Below are positions 25,950 to 39,463 of a stretch of DNA of 64,000 nucleotides, in pieces. The notes beneath the pieces are model-generated. The model had not been told where the DNA came from and did not search any database. It was given only the letters and a program-made list of their open reading frames with translations. Within the stretch, counting starts at the first letter, position 1; the number at the start of each line of letters is the position of its first letter. A program made the translations under genes and the position numbers. The stretch comes from Eledone cirrhosa (Eukaryota): positions 4,216,001-4,280,000 of the forward strand of contig OZ024761.1 in assembly GCA_964016885.1 (NCBI GenBank), given 5' to 3'.

Positions 25950-26590
25950 CCAACTACATTACAGAGTGTACTGGGTACATTCTTTCATGACACTGACACC
26001 AGCCCAACCATTACAGTGTACTGGATGTATTTTATCATGACACCAGCACTACCACTTTACAGAGTGTACTGGGTGTATTTTATTGATACCAGCACTACCA
26101 TTTTACAGAGTGTACTGGGTGTATTTTATTGATATCAGCACTACCACTTTACAGAGCGTACTGGGTGTATTTTATTGTGACACTAGCACTACCACTTTAC
26201 AGAGTGTACTGGGTGTATTTTATAATGATACCAGCACTACCACTTTACAGAGTGTACTGAGTGTATTTTATCATGACACCAACACTACCACTTTACAAAA
26301 TTTACTGGGTATATTTTATCATGACACTAACACCACCACATTACAGAGCGTACTGGGTGTATTTTATCATGACACTAACACCACCACATTACAGAGCGTA
26401 CTGGGTGTATTTTATCATGACACTAACACCACCACATTACAGAGCGTACTGGGTGTATTTTATCATGACACTAACACGACCACTTTACAGAGTATACTGG
26501 GTGTATTTTATCATGACACTAACACGACCACTTTACAGAGCGTACTGGGTGTATTTTATTGTGACACTAATACCACCACATGACAGAGTG
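25950..26590. repeat. 48-bp SINE-derived minisatellite
   Basis: Unit gacactaacaccaccacattacagagcgtactgggtgtattttatcat, starting right after GGATGCCCTTCCTAA. Confidence 0.92.
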
Positions 26591-26704
26591 GATTGGAAAG
26601 AATACCTTGTAGCTTTCATTCCAGCTCACCCTTCTTCACTTTGAGTTCAAATCCCACTGAAGTCACTTTTGCTTTTCATCTGTCCAGAGTTGATAAATAA
26701 AGTA

Positions 26705-27433
26705 CCAGTCTAGTCTGGTTTGGTCCAGCGGTGAATCAGTCTAGTCCGGTTTTGTCCAGCGGTGAACCAGTCTAGTCCGGTTTGGTCCAGCAGTGATACT
26801 GGTCTAGTCCAGTTTGGTCCAACAGTGATACTGGTCTAGTCCAGTTTGGTCTAGCAGTGAACTGGTCTAGTCTTATTTGGTCCAGCAGTGATACTGGTCT
26901 AGTCTGCTTTGGTCCAGCAGTAAACTGGTCTAGTCCGGTTTGGTCAAGTGGTGAACCAGTCTAGTCCAGTTTGGTCCAGCAGTGATATTGGTCTAGTCCA
27001 GTTTGGTCCAGCAGTGATACTGTCTAGTCCAGTTTGGTCCAACAGTGATACTGGTCTAGTCCGGTTTGGTCTAGCAGTGAACTGGTCTAGTCTGGTTTGG
27101 TCCAGCAGTGATACTGTCTAGTCCGGTTTGGTCCAACAGTGATACTGGTCTAGTCCGGTTTGGTCCAGCAGTGATACTGATCTAGTCTGGTTTGGTCCAG
27201 CAGTAAACTTGTCTAGTCCGGTTTGGTCCAGCAGTGATACTGGTCTAGTCTGGTTTGGTCCAGCAGTAAACTGGTCTAGTCCGGTTTGGTCCAGCGGTGA
27301 ATCAGTCTAGTCCGGTTTGGTCCAGCAGTGATACTGTCTCGTCCAGTTTGGTCCAACAGTGATACTGGTCTAGTCCGGTTTGGTCCAGCAGTGATACTGG
27401 TCTAGTCCAGTTTGGTCCAGCAGTAAACTGGTA
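26705..27433. repeat. ~32-bp minisatellite grown from a SINE 3' part
   Basis: (TCTAGTCCGGTTTGGTCCAGCAGTGATACTGG)n follows the SINE body ...GATAAATAAAGTACCAG. Confidence 0.92.
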
Positions 27434-27697
27434 TGTTCCATGCTGTAAAGTGGTCAGTGGGATTGACACTAGGCCTGCTAGGTCAGAGCCAACCTGGGGC
27501 TAAACAACAACAGCCAAGTGTTAAGTGTGGTGACTGGGTCAGAGTTGACCTGGGGCTAAACAACAACAGCCAAGTGTTAAGTGTGGTGAATGGGTCAGAG
27601 TTCACTTGGGGACTAAACGACAATAACAGCAGCAACAACAACACCAAGAGGCAAGAGATTCATTAAAAAAAGAGAAGAATAAAGAGAATGTTATTAC

Positions 27698-27812
27698 TTG
27701 GTATCAGGACTGAATCGCACCCGTGTAGCATGGTCAACTTCAATACCTGCCCGAATATAGCGATGGTCTTTGCTGGGAAAATTTTTTATACTCCATATGA
27801 AAGCTGAACGAT
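27698..27812 (-). CDS. TBL2: TBL2 coding exon 3 (DRSAFIWSIKNFPSKDHRYIRAGIEVDHATRVRFSPDTK)
   Basis: ctgcag acceptor and GTAATA donor; 115 nt, phase 1-2; not in the ORF track; matches DRTIRIWSTKDF...ELDHATLVRFSPD. Confidence 0.93.
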
Positions 27813-28538
27813 CTGCAGGTAAAATAGAGAAAGTCTATTAATAATCAACTCATTTGATAACAAACCCTCCTTCGTGCTACAACACAAAAATGTTTATTTG
27901 AAAGTGTTTATATTTATCTAAAGATTTCCCATCATAATTTTATGTAAGAACCTTTGTTAAGTTATCTTCCAAATACCAACTTAGTAATGAAAAAACTAGT
28001 TATATTACTACTTGTCTCGAGAGCAGGTCTTTCCCTTTACTTTTCCTTTACTTATTGTGTTTTATCATCTCCTCTGCCCAGACTTTCCTTGGTCATTTCA
28101 ATGCAGCTCCCCTCCACTTGGAAGTAATATATATATATACCATCGTTTAACGTCCTCTTTCCCTGTTAGCAAGGGTTGGACAGGTCTACATAGACCAAAT
28201 CAGTACCGAAGCGGGGCTATTGACCTCCCAGACAGGCTGAGAGGTCTGTATCCTGCTCACGTATGGTCGTACGTTCTATCACGTGCAAAGTAGAAGAGTC
28301 CTTCCAACCCCTTGTTTTACAAACTTTCTACAACTGGATACCCTTCCTAACACCAACCACTTTACAGTGTGTACTGGGTGCTTTTATTGTGTAATCTCAC
28401 CAGCACTAGGGGGGTTGTCATGCCCTCGACACAACTATATGGGATTAGCTTGTAAGCCAGTCTAAAAGTAAAAAAACAAACAAACCTCACTGGACATGTC
28501 CTTGAGACAGATAAATAAAAGAGCTTCACTTTACTGAC

Positions 28539-28739
28539 CTTCAGAAACTGTGATAAAATATTTTCCATTTTGACTGAAATCCATATCCAAGATTGTATTG
28601 GTGTGTCCTTTGAGGGTAGCCATTAGCCAGGGGTGGGTATAGGTTACCTGAGCTTTTTTCTTGTTTGTAAAGGGTTTCTTTGGTGCTTTATTTGACGTCT
28701 GTTTACCATTGTGGCTTGGCTTTGGCTTCACTTTTGCCA
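28539..28739 (-). CDS. TBL2: TBL2 coding exon 2 (VAKVKPK...YTHPWLMATLKGHTNTILDMDFSQNGKYFITVSE)
   Basis: caacag acceptor and GTCAGT donor; 201 nt, phase 1-1; first WD40 repeat. Confidence 0.93.
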
Positions 28740-29439
28740 CTGTTGAAGAAGAGCAAGAGAAAATAATAATAATAATAATAATATCTGCTGATTTAGGCAT
28801 TAAGGAGAAGAGAAAGTTGATGAAATTAACCCTAGGGGTACTTTATTTTATTGATCCTTTAATGAATGAAAGACAAAGTTGACCTTGGCAGGGTTTCAAC
28901 TCAGAATGTTAAGAAATGGCACAAATGTCACAAAGTATTTCTTCCAATCCATTACCTTTGTGATAATTGTTTCTACTTTTGGCACAAGGCCAGCAATTAT
29001 CCCAGTGTATTACTGATACATTATTTTATCAAGCCCGTAAGGATGAAAGGCAAAGTTGTGGGATACAATTCAAAACTGAATACATGTGGGACATGCAAAA
29101 AACTAAAAAAATAAAATTAAAATAAAAAGTGAGCCGTTGAGATGTGGGGGCTTAAACCTTTTCAAATGTTTATATGTAAGTTATAATAAGTGGCTAATTG
29201 GCAGAGTCGTTAGAACATCGAATAGAATGTCGAGGTCAACTTGGCCTTTCATCCTTTCGAGGTAGATAAAAAAAGTAACAGTCTAATACTGGAGTCAATT
29301 CTTCCCCTCTCTGGTACAAATCTGCTGTACTTAGGCCTGGGGGGGAAGTGGGCTCTGTCAGGCTTAAAATGACCAAGAAACACCATATATCAATACAGTG
29401 CCCCTACAACTCTATCAGGAGTTCCGAGACTATACATAC

Positions 29440-31100
29440 ATAATATATATATATATATATATGAGGTATTGAGGTGTTTATATGCAAGATATAATATTAT
29501 ATATATATATATATTAATCTGTTATTTTAATAAATATTTGCTCTACGGTTTTTATATATTTGATATATATTTATCCTTATCGAGTCTTCAAATTTATTAT
29601 TATTACTATATATATATATATATATATTTCAGGTATTGAGATGTTTATATGTAAGATATAATATATATATATGAGGTATTGAGGTGTTTATATGTAAGAT
29701 ATAATATATATATATGAGGTATTGAGGTGTTTATATGTAAGATATAATATATATATATATGAGGTATTGAGGTGTTTATATGTAAGATATAATATATATA
29801 CATGAGCTATTGAGGTGTTTATATGTAAGATATAATATATATACATGAGGTATTGAGGTGTTTATATGTAAGATATAATATATATATATAGGAGCTATTG
29901 AGATGTTTACATGTAAGATATAATTGTTTCTACTTTAGGCACAAGGTCAGCAATTACCCAGTTCATTACTGGTACTTTATTTTATCTACCCCGTAAGGAT
30001 GAAAGGCAAAGTCAACCTCGGCAGGATTTGAACTCAGATCGTAAGATATAATATATATACATGTAAGATATAATATATATATATGAGGTATTGAGGTGTT
30101 TACATGTAAGATATAATATATATATATGAGGTATTGAGGTGTTTATATGTAAGATACAATATATATATATATGAGGTATTGAGGTGTTTATATGTAAGAT
30201 ATAATATATATACATGAGGTATTGAGATGTTTATATGTAAGATATAATATATATATATATGAGGTATTGAGGTGTTTACATGTAAGATATAATATAATAT
30301 ATATATATGAGGTATTGAGGTGTTTACATGTAAGATATAATATATATATATATATGAGGTATTGAGATGTTTACATGTAAGATATAATATATATATATGA
30401 GGTATTGAGGTGTTTATATGTAAGATATAATATATATATATGAGGTATTGAGGTGTTTATATGTAAGATATAATATATATATATGAGGTATTGAGATGTT
30501 TACATGTAAGATATAATATATATATATGAGGTATTGAGATGTTTACATGTAAGATATAATATATATATATGAGGTATTGAGATGTTTATATGTAAGATAT
30601 AATATATATATATGAGGTATTGAGGTGTTTATATGTAAGATATAATATATATATATGAGGTATTGAGATGTTTATATGTAAGATATAATATATATATATG
30701 AGGTATTGAGATGTTTACATGTAAGATATAATATATATAAAGGAGCTATTGAGATGTTTACATGTAAGATATAATATATATATAGGAGCTATTGAGATGT
30801 TTACATGTAAGATATAATATATATATATATATGAGGTATTGAGATGTTTACATGTAAGATATAATATATATATATGAGGTATTGAGGTGTTTATATGTAA
30901 GATATAATATATATATGAGGTATTGAGATGTTTACATGTAAGATATAATATATATAAAGGAGCTATTGAGATGTTTACATGTAAGATATAATATATATAA
31001 AGGAGCTATTGAGATGTTTACATGTAAGATATAATATATATATATAGGAGCTATTGAGATGTTTACATGTAAGATATAATATATATATTGAGGTGTTTAT
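29440..31100. repeat. ~43-47-bp AT-rich minisatellite with a nested SINE (29920-30044) and a short family-P fragment (29515-29610)
   Basis: (TGAGGTATTGAGGTGTTTATATGTAAGATATAATATATATATA)n. Confidence 0.92.
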
Positions 31101-33484
31101 ATATTTTTCTTTTTAAATTTTGTTGTTGTTGTTGCTTTTCACTTCAGTTTTAGTGCAAACCTAAAACCTTTATAAAGATTTGTTTTAAAAAAAATAAAAA
31201 AAAAAATAAAAATTACCGGGCGGGGTGCCTTAAATTTTCTGGTGTGTTTTTGCTTTTTAACCCTTGATAAATATTGCGAGGGCAAAAAAACATTTTTTTA
31301 AAAAGTCTTGGGGTTACTGAAACAATTGAAAGATATATAATATACATTGAAGTATTGTGGGCCTCCAAACCTTTTCAATTCTTTATATAATTGATATGAT
31401 ATGTGGGTCATGGGTGGTGGAAAAAAAAAAACTTAGACAAAAAAAATATATAATAGAACCCAAAAGAGGGTCTTACAAACAAAAAAAAGTTGACCCCTGG
31501 TACCGAAGGTGGCCATTTAAAAAAACACCAAATACTGGGCTAATGGATTACAGTGTAAGGGTAGATAACTCTAAAGCAACCAATTCTATATAACATACTT
31601 ATATATTTAGTAGAAATAGAAGCTTTCGCCATATTTTTTGACTAAAGAAATTTTAGCCTGATAGTAGGGTTTAGAAGGATGGCTATTGACGTACATGTAC
31701 GTCAATACTCATCCTTTTCCATATTTAGAGGGTTTTAAACCCCACAATCAGGCTCAAATTTCTTTAGTAAAAAATACGGCAAAACTCGTTCACTGTTTCA
31801 AAACATACTTACTTATATTTATTTGTACTAATTTAAATAAATATATTATCATTATTCATATACATACATTCAACCATTAACAGCTGCAACGCAGGTGTTT
31901 TGACTACGAGAAATAATTTAACAGGTTGAGCATATCAGTCCCTAGTGACAGAAAAAAATGGACAACATTGCCTGTGGGTCTCGAACTCATATCTGTTGTA
32001 TACCGAGCGGCTGTGCTTACCAGTTGTGTGTGTGAAATAATATACTGTAATACATATAATTGTTTCTACATTAGGGACAAGGCCAGCTATTTTGGGGAGG
32101 AGAAAGTCGGTTAAATGGGGCCCAGTGCATTACTGGTGCTTATTTTATCGACCCCGTAAGGATGAAAGGCAAAGCTAACCTCGGCGAAATTTGAACTCAG
32201 AATGTAAAGGGTCGTAACTCAATGCCATAAAGCATGTTGTCCGACGCTCTACGGAGCTGTATTTATCTAGCAAATGACTTAATCTGGGGCCGTGTTTTGA
32301 AACTAAAGCAATTACATGGTGAAAGAGTAATTTTAGAAGAAGTATCGGTAGATGGTCGGACGCCATGCTTTGACGCATAGAGTTGCGGCCCTTGCCATAC
32401 TGAGTTAAAATTCCGCCGAGGTTAACTTTGCCTTTCATCCTTACGGAGTCGATGCACTGTGCAGTAATGCACTGTGTAATTGATGGCCTTGTTCCAAAAG
32501 TAGAAACAATAATAAATGTAATGTAAATAGCTAAACATACTTATAAACACGATATCACCTTTTATACGAGAGAAGTGGGTGTTACAAAAATGATTTCACT
32601 GCAATATTTTACTGCAGTCGTTTCAGCTATTCCGGCGGGAGTTTTGTATTTCCTCTTCATACACACGTATGCAACGTGTACAAGCAGAAACACTTTCCTT
32701 ATATGTCTTCACTATCCTAACCCTGACACCATGGAAGACAAACCTCGTTATGTATAGCCCAAGTCAGCTCCTACGGCTAAAGCCCTTCCAATCGCGACTG
32801 TTCCGTCGTTCTGCACAATGAAATTGGCGCTTCTTCGTTATTTACCCACAACAGCTTAGGGTTAATATTTGATTCAAGTCCCTTTAGAATTTAAACCGGC
32901 CAGAATTCTCTCACCTCTTTCTGTTGAAACCAGCCATAACTGGCTGCTCATATTTATGTTAAGGTATTGTTCTCAAAATAAATAATATCAAAATGTAAAT
33001 TCGATATTATGGGAGATAAAGTGTATACTGTGAAAATACAATAGTATATATAGAGTAATGTAAATGCTAAAGGGTTAAATGAGTCGTAATGCTCCTGGTG
33101 AGAGTGTATGGCTATTGTATGGTGCCTTAGCATCGTTCTCAAGCCGTGTCTTGGCTTGCCGCAAAGGTTTTACAGAGGAAATCATCAGCATTCCTTGTTC
33201 CGTGAGCATCTCTTCTCTAATTTTGATGGTTGACAATTCAAAGTTCAAATTCAACTAGACATTGTCGAAATAAATTAGAAGTAAACGTGATAATGTGTGA
33301 GGTGGTCGGGTGGAGGTATGTAGAGTAATGGGTACCGGTAATACACACGGTTACATGATAGGACCCGGATATGGGAGAGCTATTTAATTAAAAATTGAAC
33401 AACACAAAATATAACTACTCCATCACCAAAGGTTTCTGGATCACAGATAATAATAATATACTTCATATCTTTTATCTATAACAT

Positions 33485-33550
33485 CTCTGTCTGACGACCG
33501 ATCCAGACATATTATTATCGTCTGTGATCCAGAAACCTTTGGTAATGGAG
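33485..33550 (+). ncRNA. Type I hammerhead ribozyme motif (family H2), intact core
   Basis: CTCTGT-CTGACGA-ccGATCCAGACatattattatcGTCTGtGATCca-GAAA-CC ttt GG-TA^ATGGAG; all three stems can form; GUA triplet. Confidence 0.8.
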
Positions 33551-33574
33551 TAGTTACATTTTGTGTTGTTCACT

Positions 33575-33616
<42 letters not shown>

Positions 33617-33945
33617 TAATATAGAAATGGCTTCTACAGGATTAGAACTGTTTCATTCGAAGGAATTCTAGTCCTGCAGAAGCCATTTCTATATTAAATA
33701 TATATATATATATAAAATATTAATTATTATATATATATACACACACACGTGTGTGTGTGTATAACGTGTGTACATATATATATATATATATATACACACA
33801 CAACACACACACTTGTGTGTGTGTATAGATATACCACCAGTGCTTTGAGAAAACAACACCATACTTCAGCACTGGGCATATCAAAAGATCGAAATAACAG
33901 AGGTAAAACTTAGTTCTACCATTATGTTTTTCTGTTTAAATTCTA

Positions 33946-34008
33946 GCTGTCTGATGAGGTTATAGCTGTTGAATAATGGTTATCACCGGAATAAATATAT
34001 ATAACAGT
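33946..34008 (+). ncRNA. Type I hammerhead motif, core-mutated (GGAA for GAAA)
   Basis: GCTGT-CTGATGA-GGTtATAGCTGTTgaatAATGGTTATcACC-GGAA-taaatata-TATA^ACAGT. Confidence 0.6.
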
Positions 34009-34569
34009 GAATATGAATAAATGAAGTTAATTTTAACCTGTTGACTTACACTTCTTGTTTATATATATATATATATATAATTAGAAAGTGAACAACACAA
34101 AATATAACTACTTCATTATCAAAGGTTTCTGGATCACAGACGATAATAATATGTCTGGATCAGTCGTCAGACTAATGGAGTAGTTATATATTGTGTTGTT
34201 CACTTTCTAATTAAATATCTCTGTTCTATACATAGAGCACTCTTTTTTCCTTTGCTTTTTCTTCGGAATTACCTAACACACACACACATATATATTTATA
34301 TATATATTGAGCTTTTCCATTGAAAAGCACAAACATCATACATAATTTATATGTATATAACAGCTCGAAATCCTTTATTTGTCGTGCTGCTGTGACTAAA
34401 ATGTTGTACCTCTTTTTAGTAGAAATGACATCCAGTTTTGTTAGTATCTGTAGCCTTGGGTTAAACCTTATTACACCATGTTGCATTTAGCATGGCGATA
34501 GAAACTGCATCCTACCAGATATAGCCATATTTTGTACTATATGCTATATTGCAACTATATTTATTTGAT

Positions 34570-35030
34570 TTATATGATGCCTGTGTGAGATGCGCGATGC
34601 TGCATGGTAGTGAGACATGGGCAGCAACTGCAGAGGATATGCGACGGCTGGAGAGAAATGAAGCAAGCATGCTCCGATGGATGTGCAATGTCAATGTGCG
34701 TGAACAAACAAGCATAGATGAGTTGAGAAAGAAACTGTGTATAAGAGGGATAAGTTGTAGTGTGCGGGAGAGAAGACTGTGATGGTATGGACATGATGTG
34801 CAAGGAGGATAACCGATGAATAAAGAAGTGCCAAGAAATCCCAGTAGAAGGAAGACGCAGGAGAAGAAGACCAAGAAAAACATGGGCGGAGGTGGTGAGA
34901 GCAGACCTCAGATCGCTGAAACTCACGGAGGAGATGACGAAGGACCGTGACAAGTGGAGAGATGCTGTGCTGAATAGGACCTGTCCCACCCTTACAAGCA
35001 GGGAGAAGAGGACATGTGATGATGATGATG
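34570..35030 (+). mobile_element. RTE LINE 3' fragment with (GAT)n tail
   Basis: LYDACVRCAMLHGSETW...RRLERNEASMLRWMC...RERRL*WYGH...RRRPRKTW. Confidence 0.9.
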
Positions 35031-35674
35031 ACGTAGTTTCTCTGAGGATTGATTCACATCTCCAATAACTTAACCAAAATCGATAGTTGGTGATCAATTT
35101 TAAGTTGTGCTTCTCTTTGAATGATGAAATGGTCATTAGGAATAAGAACCTTTTTCCATCTGAAGTACGCATTTTCCCTAGATATATGTGCTTTGTATGT
35201 ATACAAAATACTGTGTTCTCTTAAAATATATGGTTCTTTCTCTTTCTCCATATATCTAGAAATTTGAAATACATTACATATATATAATATATATACACAC
35301 ACATAAATATCTATCTATATATATATATGAATAATATATACAATAAAGTATGTCCATAGAATCATTTGATAAAATATATACACCATTTCCTCTCCCAATC
35401 AGCATAATCAACCACACAAAAAAACAATTAAACCAGGCTATAAGATTAAAGGACACCTTTGACACGTGGAAATCGATTAAATATATAGCCGATCTGTGTT
35501 ATTCTTCACTCCTTTATTATATATATATATATGTGCACAAACACACACATATATATATGCACACGCACACACATATATACATATATATATGCACACACAT
35601 ATACATATATATGCACACATATACATATATATATGCACAATGAAGATATGTCACTATCTTTAGAGCAATTATTA

Positions 35675-35735
35675 TATTTTATCTGACGAAAGCGTACTTA
35701 AATATTAGTACCCTTGAAATACGTATAATATAATA
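35675..35735 (+). ncRNA. Type I hammerhead motif (family H1), intact core
   Basis: TATTTTAT-CTGACGA-aagcGTACTtaaatattAGTACcctt-GAAA-TACGTA-TA^ATATAATA; perfectly palindromic stem III ATACGTAT. Confidence 0.72.
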
Positions 35736-35995
35736 AATATGGTTTTATAAAGATATTTTCCATTTATTAATATTATTGATATATATATACATATTTATAT
35801 ATATGCACACACACAACATATATATGTATGTATATATATATATATATATATATATTTAAAGGTTAAACAAGGTTCAATGAATAAATCAAAGAATTAGTTT
35901 TACAATAGACTGGAAGCACTCAACAAATTGGTTTTCCGGAGTTATTAATATTAATTCTAAATATTAACAAAAATAGAACTTCTTGTGATCAAGTA

Positions 35996-36062
35996 TATTT
36001 TATTATACATATTTCAGAGGTACTGAGCTAACTTCAACAGTACGTCCTCATCAGATAAAATA
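35996..36062 (-). ncRNA. Type I hammerhead motif (family H1), intact core
   Basis: TATTTTAT-CTGATGA-GGAcGTACTGttgaagttagctCAGTACcTCT-GAAA-TATGTA-TA^ATAAAATA; perfect 8-bp stem I. Confidence 0.78.
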
Positions 36063-36110
36063 AGATGATGCATGACACCCTGACATAGTGGATGGTTAAG
36101 ATCCAGTCAT

Positions 36111-36161
<51 letters not shown>

Positions 36162-36176
36162 GCATATATATATATG

Positions 36177-36217
<41 letters not shown>

Positions 36218-36492
36218 GCATATATATATATGCACATATATATATACATATATATATATAAATGCATATATATATATGCACATATATATATACATATAAT
36301 TATACACATATATACATTTATATATTTTATACACATATATATACATATATATTATACATATTATACAAACATATATATTATACATACATATATTATACAC
36401 ATATATTTTACACACATTTTACATATATATATAATACATACATATATATATTAAACATACAACACACACACATTATAGTATATAGTGTATAT

Positions 36493-36763
36493 CAGTGGCG
36501 AAGGCTAACCTGGAAAGCAGGGCATGCAGTCCAATCGCCATGGCAGAAAGTGGGGCTGTGCAGCCTCCCCCCCAATTTCCTCTAAATTACCCTCCCGGCC
36601 AAAGCCGCATGTAGTGTTATCTAGTGTGTGTGTGTATGTGTTATCGTTTTTTGTGTCTATACGTTTTAGTAAGCAGCCAAAATTCTGCTTGCTTCAACCG
36701 ACGCAATTGATCAACTCAAGATTCTATAACGCATGCACTGCATGCACGGACCCTTCGCCCCTG
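36493..36763. mobile_element. hAT-like MITE
   Basis: 12-bp TIRs CAGTGGCGAAGG / CCTTCGCCCCTG; 8-bp TSD GTGTATAT / GTATATAT. Confidence 0.7.
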
Positions 36764-37394
36764 GTATATATATATATATATATATACACATCATTAGATT
36801 AAGGTCCTTATCAGAAGAGCACAACCTCCTATGAAGCTATGTGAGGCCGGTTAAATCTTTACCGGTATGAAAGGTGACAACGATAATACTAATAATATAT
36901 ACTTCTGGTTGATACTAAACCTACTACACCCAATAAAATATTGTTATTGTGGGGGGAAAGAATTTAAATTATTATAATTAACAATAATAGCAAAAGATCG
37001 TTAACCCTTTTGTTACCATAATTTTTATGAAAATCACCGCCTTTGATTTTCAAATAATTTTGAAGGGATTTAGCAAGCATAACACTAACCAGTTTTCTCG
37101 TTATTAAGTCGGTGTTTGGAATATAACTTAACAAAGGTCCTTACATACTATTAGTTTTATATCGTTGAATCTGCGGTGATTTTAAGGTAGTTTCATGTCA
37201 AAAGATTTTATTAAATATATCAAGTATTCGTTATTTTGTTTATCCAACTACAAGAATAATCTGAACTAAGGAAGTGGAATGTTAATGGAAGAAATAAAGT
37301 GAAATATGAGAGAGGAACCTTCCAAGAGAAAACATAAAACACACAAGACAATGGTATTTCTTGAGAGAAATAAATATATTCCATGGCTTTTTAC

Positions 37395-37533
37395 CTGCAG
37401 CTGCTAATTCTTCCTTCTCTTTCTCCTCTTTACTCTTCCTTGCAACAAAAAAGAAGAAGACAACCATCATGACGATGGTGCCAAGGACCATAGTTAAAGC
37501 TACTACGGGTAGCGGAGCTTCTTCTTCTATCAT
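37395..37533 (-). CDS. TBL2: TBL2 coding exon 1 (MIEEEAPLPVVALTMVLGTIVMMVVFFFFVARKSKEEKEKEELAAA), N-terminal membrane anchor
   Basis: ATG at 37533, hydrophobic helix then charged tract, CAG|GTAAAA donor; phase 1 joins exon 2 in frame. Confidence 0.85.
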
Positions 37534-38283
37534 GTTTTCCAAACTTGAACTTGGTTCCCAAAAATTTCAAAAGAAACGTGGCAGCAAAATACAGAAATGG
37601 CAACACGAAACGAAATATTGACACGCATGCAAAATTAGCAATAACAGTAATAACAAGAAAAGATAAGACGAGAAATGAGTGAATAAAAAATAGGATTGTT
37701 AAAACCGAAACGAAAGAAAGAATAAAATTGTCAATCTTTTAGTCTTTTACTTGGTTTCAGTCATTAGACTACGGCCAAGCTGGGACATCGCCTTCGTTTA
37801 ATCGATTATATCAATCTCATTACTTTTTTTCTTAAATGTGGTACTTATTTCATCGATTTCTTTTTGTCGAACCGCTAGGTTACGGGACATAATCACAAAC
37901 ACAAAAGTGAATAAAAGGCATATGCCTTTTCCGTTTACCAAATTCCATACATAAAGCATTGGTCAACCCGAAGTTATAGTACAAGACAGGAAAGCCTGAT
38001 GATTTCATTAGAATGAAACAGTTCTAGTCCTGTAGAAGCCATTTCTATATTAAACTTGATGTTTACACTCAACTAATGTATTGAGTACCTTACTGACTGT
38101 GGTTACCCCTAATTGAACCCGGGACTTTCAAACGTGAAACTAATATTAACATTTGTACTGCCTCTTCGCTTCCACGTTGTTTTTTTGTTTACTGTCTGAA
38201 CTATAATATATATATCATGATGTCCTCCAAAAGTAATGGTCGCATTTTGAAAGGGTACTTATTTATAAAACTGATATATATTG

Positions 38284-38348
38284 TATTTTGTCTGATGAAG
38301 GCATACCATAATTTAACTTGGTATCCTTGAAATATGTATAATGAAATA
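38284..38348 (+). ncRNA. Type I hammerhead motif (family H1), intact core
   Basis: TATTTTGT-CTGATGA-AGGcATACCAtaatttaactTGGTATCCTt-GAAA-TATGTA-TA^ATGAAATA. Confidence 0.72.
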
Positions 38349-38387
38349 AATATGGTTTTATAAATATAGTTTCCATTTGTTAATATC

Positions 38388-38423
<36 letters not shown>

Positions 38424-39318
38424 CTGTTTCTATTTTTGGCACAAGGCCAGCAATTACCCAGTGCATTACTGGTACTTTATTTTATCGACCCCGTAAGGAT
38501 GAAAGGCAAAGTTAACCTCGGCGGAATTTGAACTCAGATCGTAAAGGGACGTAACTACGTTGGAAAGCATGTCTGACCCTCTACCAATACTGCCAATTCA
38601 CCGAACGGCGATGAATTAGTTTTGCGAGGTTTTTGATATGAAATCGTGTGTCGAAACAAATATTGTTATACTTGGGGAGGGTCATATTTGTGTAATATTG
38701 CCAGAATTAATAACAGAACACACTCACTGTTTGGTTGGTTTTCGCTTCTGTGTCTTTTATATCGGTAATCTAATTTATTCGGTCCTCCATGTTGCCATTG
38801 ACTGACCAGCGGTCAAAAATAATTGTTTCTACTTTAGGAACAAGGCCAGCAATTACCCAGTGCATTACTGGTACTTTATTTTATCGACCCCGTAAGGATG
38901 AAAGGCAAAGTCAACCTCGGTGGGATTTGAACTCAGATCGTAAAGGGGCGTAACTATGCTGGAAAGCATTGCGTCCGACCCTCTACCGATACTGCCAACA
39001 GATACAATACAGACACAAACACATATATATAGTTTATCAAAGTTCTTTCGTTGCACATCTGCAACATCATCAGCGGTGCTATTGTTTCCTCCCGTTGCAT
39101 TGTATTTTCTACATATATATATATAAGTATTGAAGTTTCCGTTGAAAATTGAAAAAGTCATAGGAGTGAAGAGTGCTCTATGTAAGTACCAGAGCAAAAT
39201 TTAATGTATAATAAACAATACAATATAATTACCTCATTACCAGAGGTTTCCCGAATAAGAATAATACGAAAAACGTCCTCATTCGTTCGTCGGGCAAGCA
39301 TATTTATAAAGCCATATT

Positions 39319-39378
39319 TATTTCATTATACATATTTCAAGGGCCACCAGAGCAAACTATGGTGCGCTTTCATCAGAT

Positions 39379-39384
<6 letters not shown>
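39319..39384 (-). ncRNA. Type I hammerhead motif (family H1); adjacent decayed H2-like motif at 39233-39298 (-)
   Basis: TATTTTAT-CTGATGA-aagcgCACCAtagtttgctcTGGTGgccctt-GAAA-TATGTA-TA^ATGAAATA. Neighbour reads CCGACGA...GAAA-CCtctGG-TA^ATGAG. Confidence 0.68.

Positions 39385-39463
<79 letters not shown>

Noticed and set aside
35054-35302. 82-aa minus-strand ORF in TBL2 intron 1 as a possible extra exon
   Set aside because: Exons 1 and 2 already join in phase, and the peptide shows no TBL2 similarity.
37986-38033. CTGATGA-tttcattagaat-GAAA-cagttctagTC hammerhead-like motif
   Set aside because: Core is present but I could not form a convincing stem I next to it; probably a decayed member of another family (relatives at 33625-33697 and 45751-45870), so not called.
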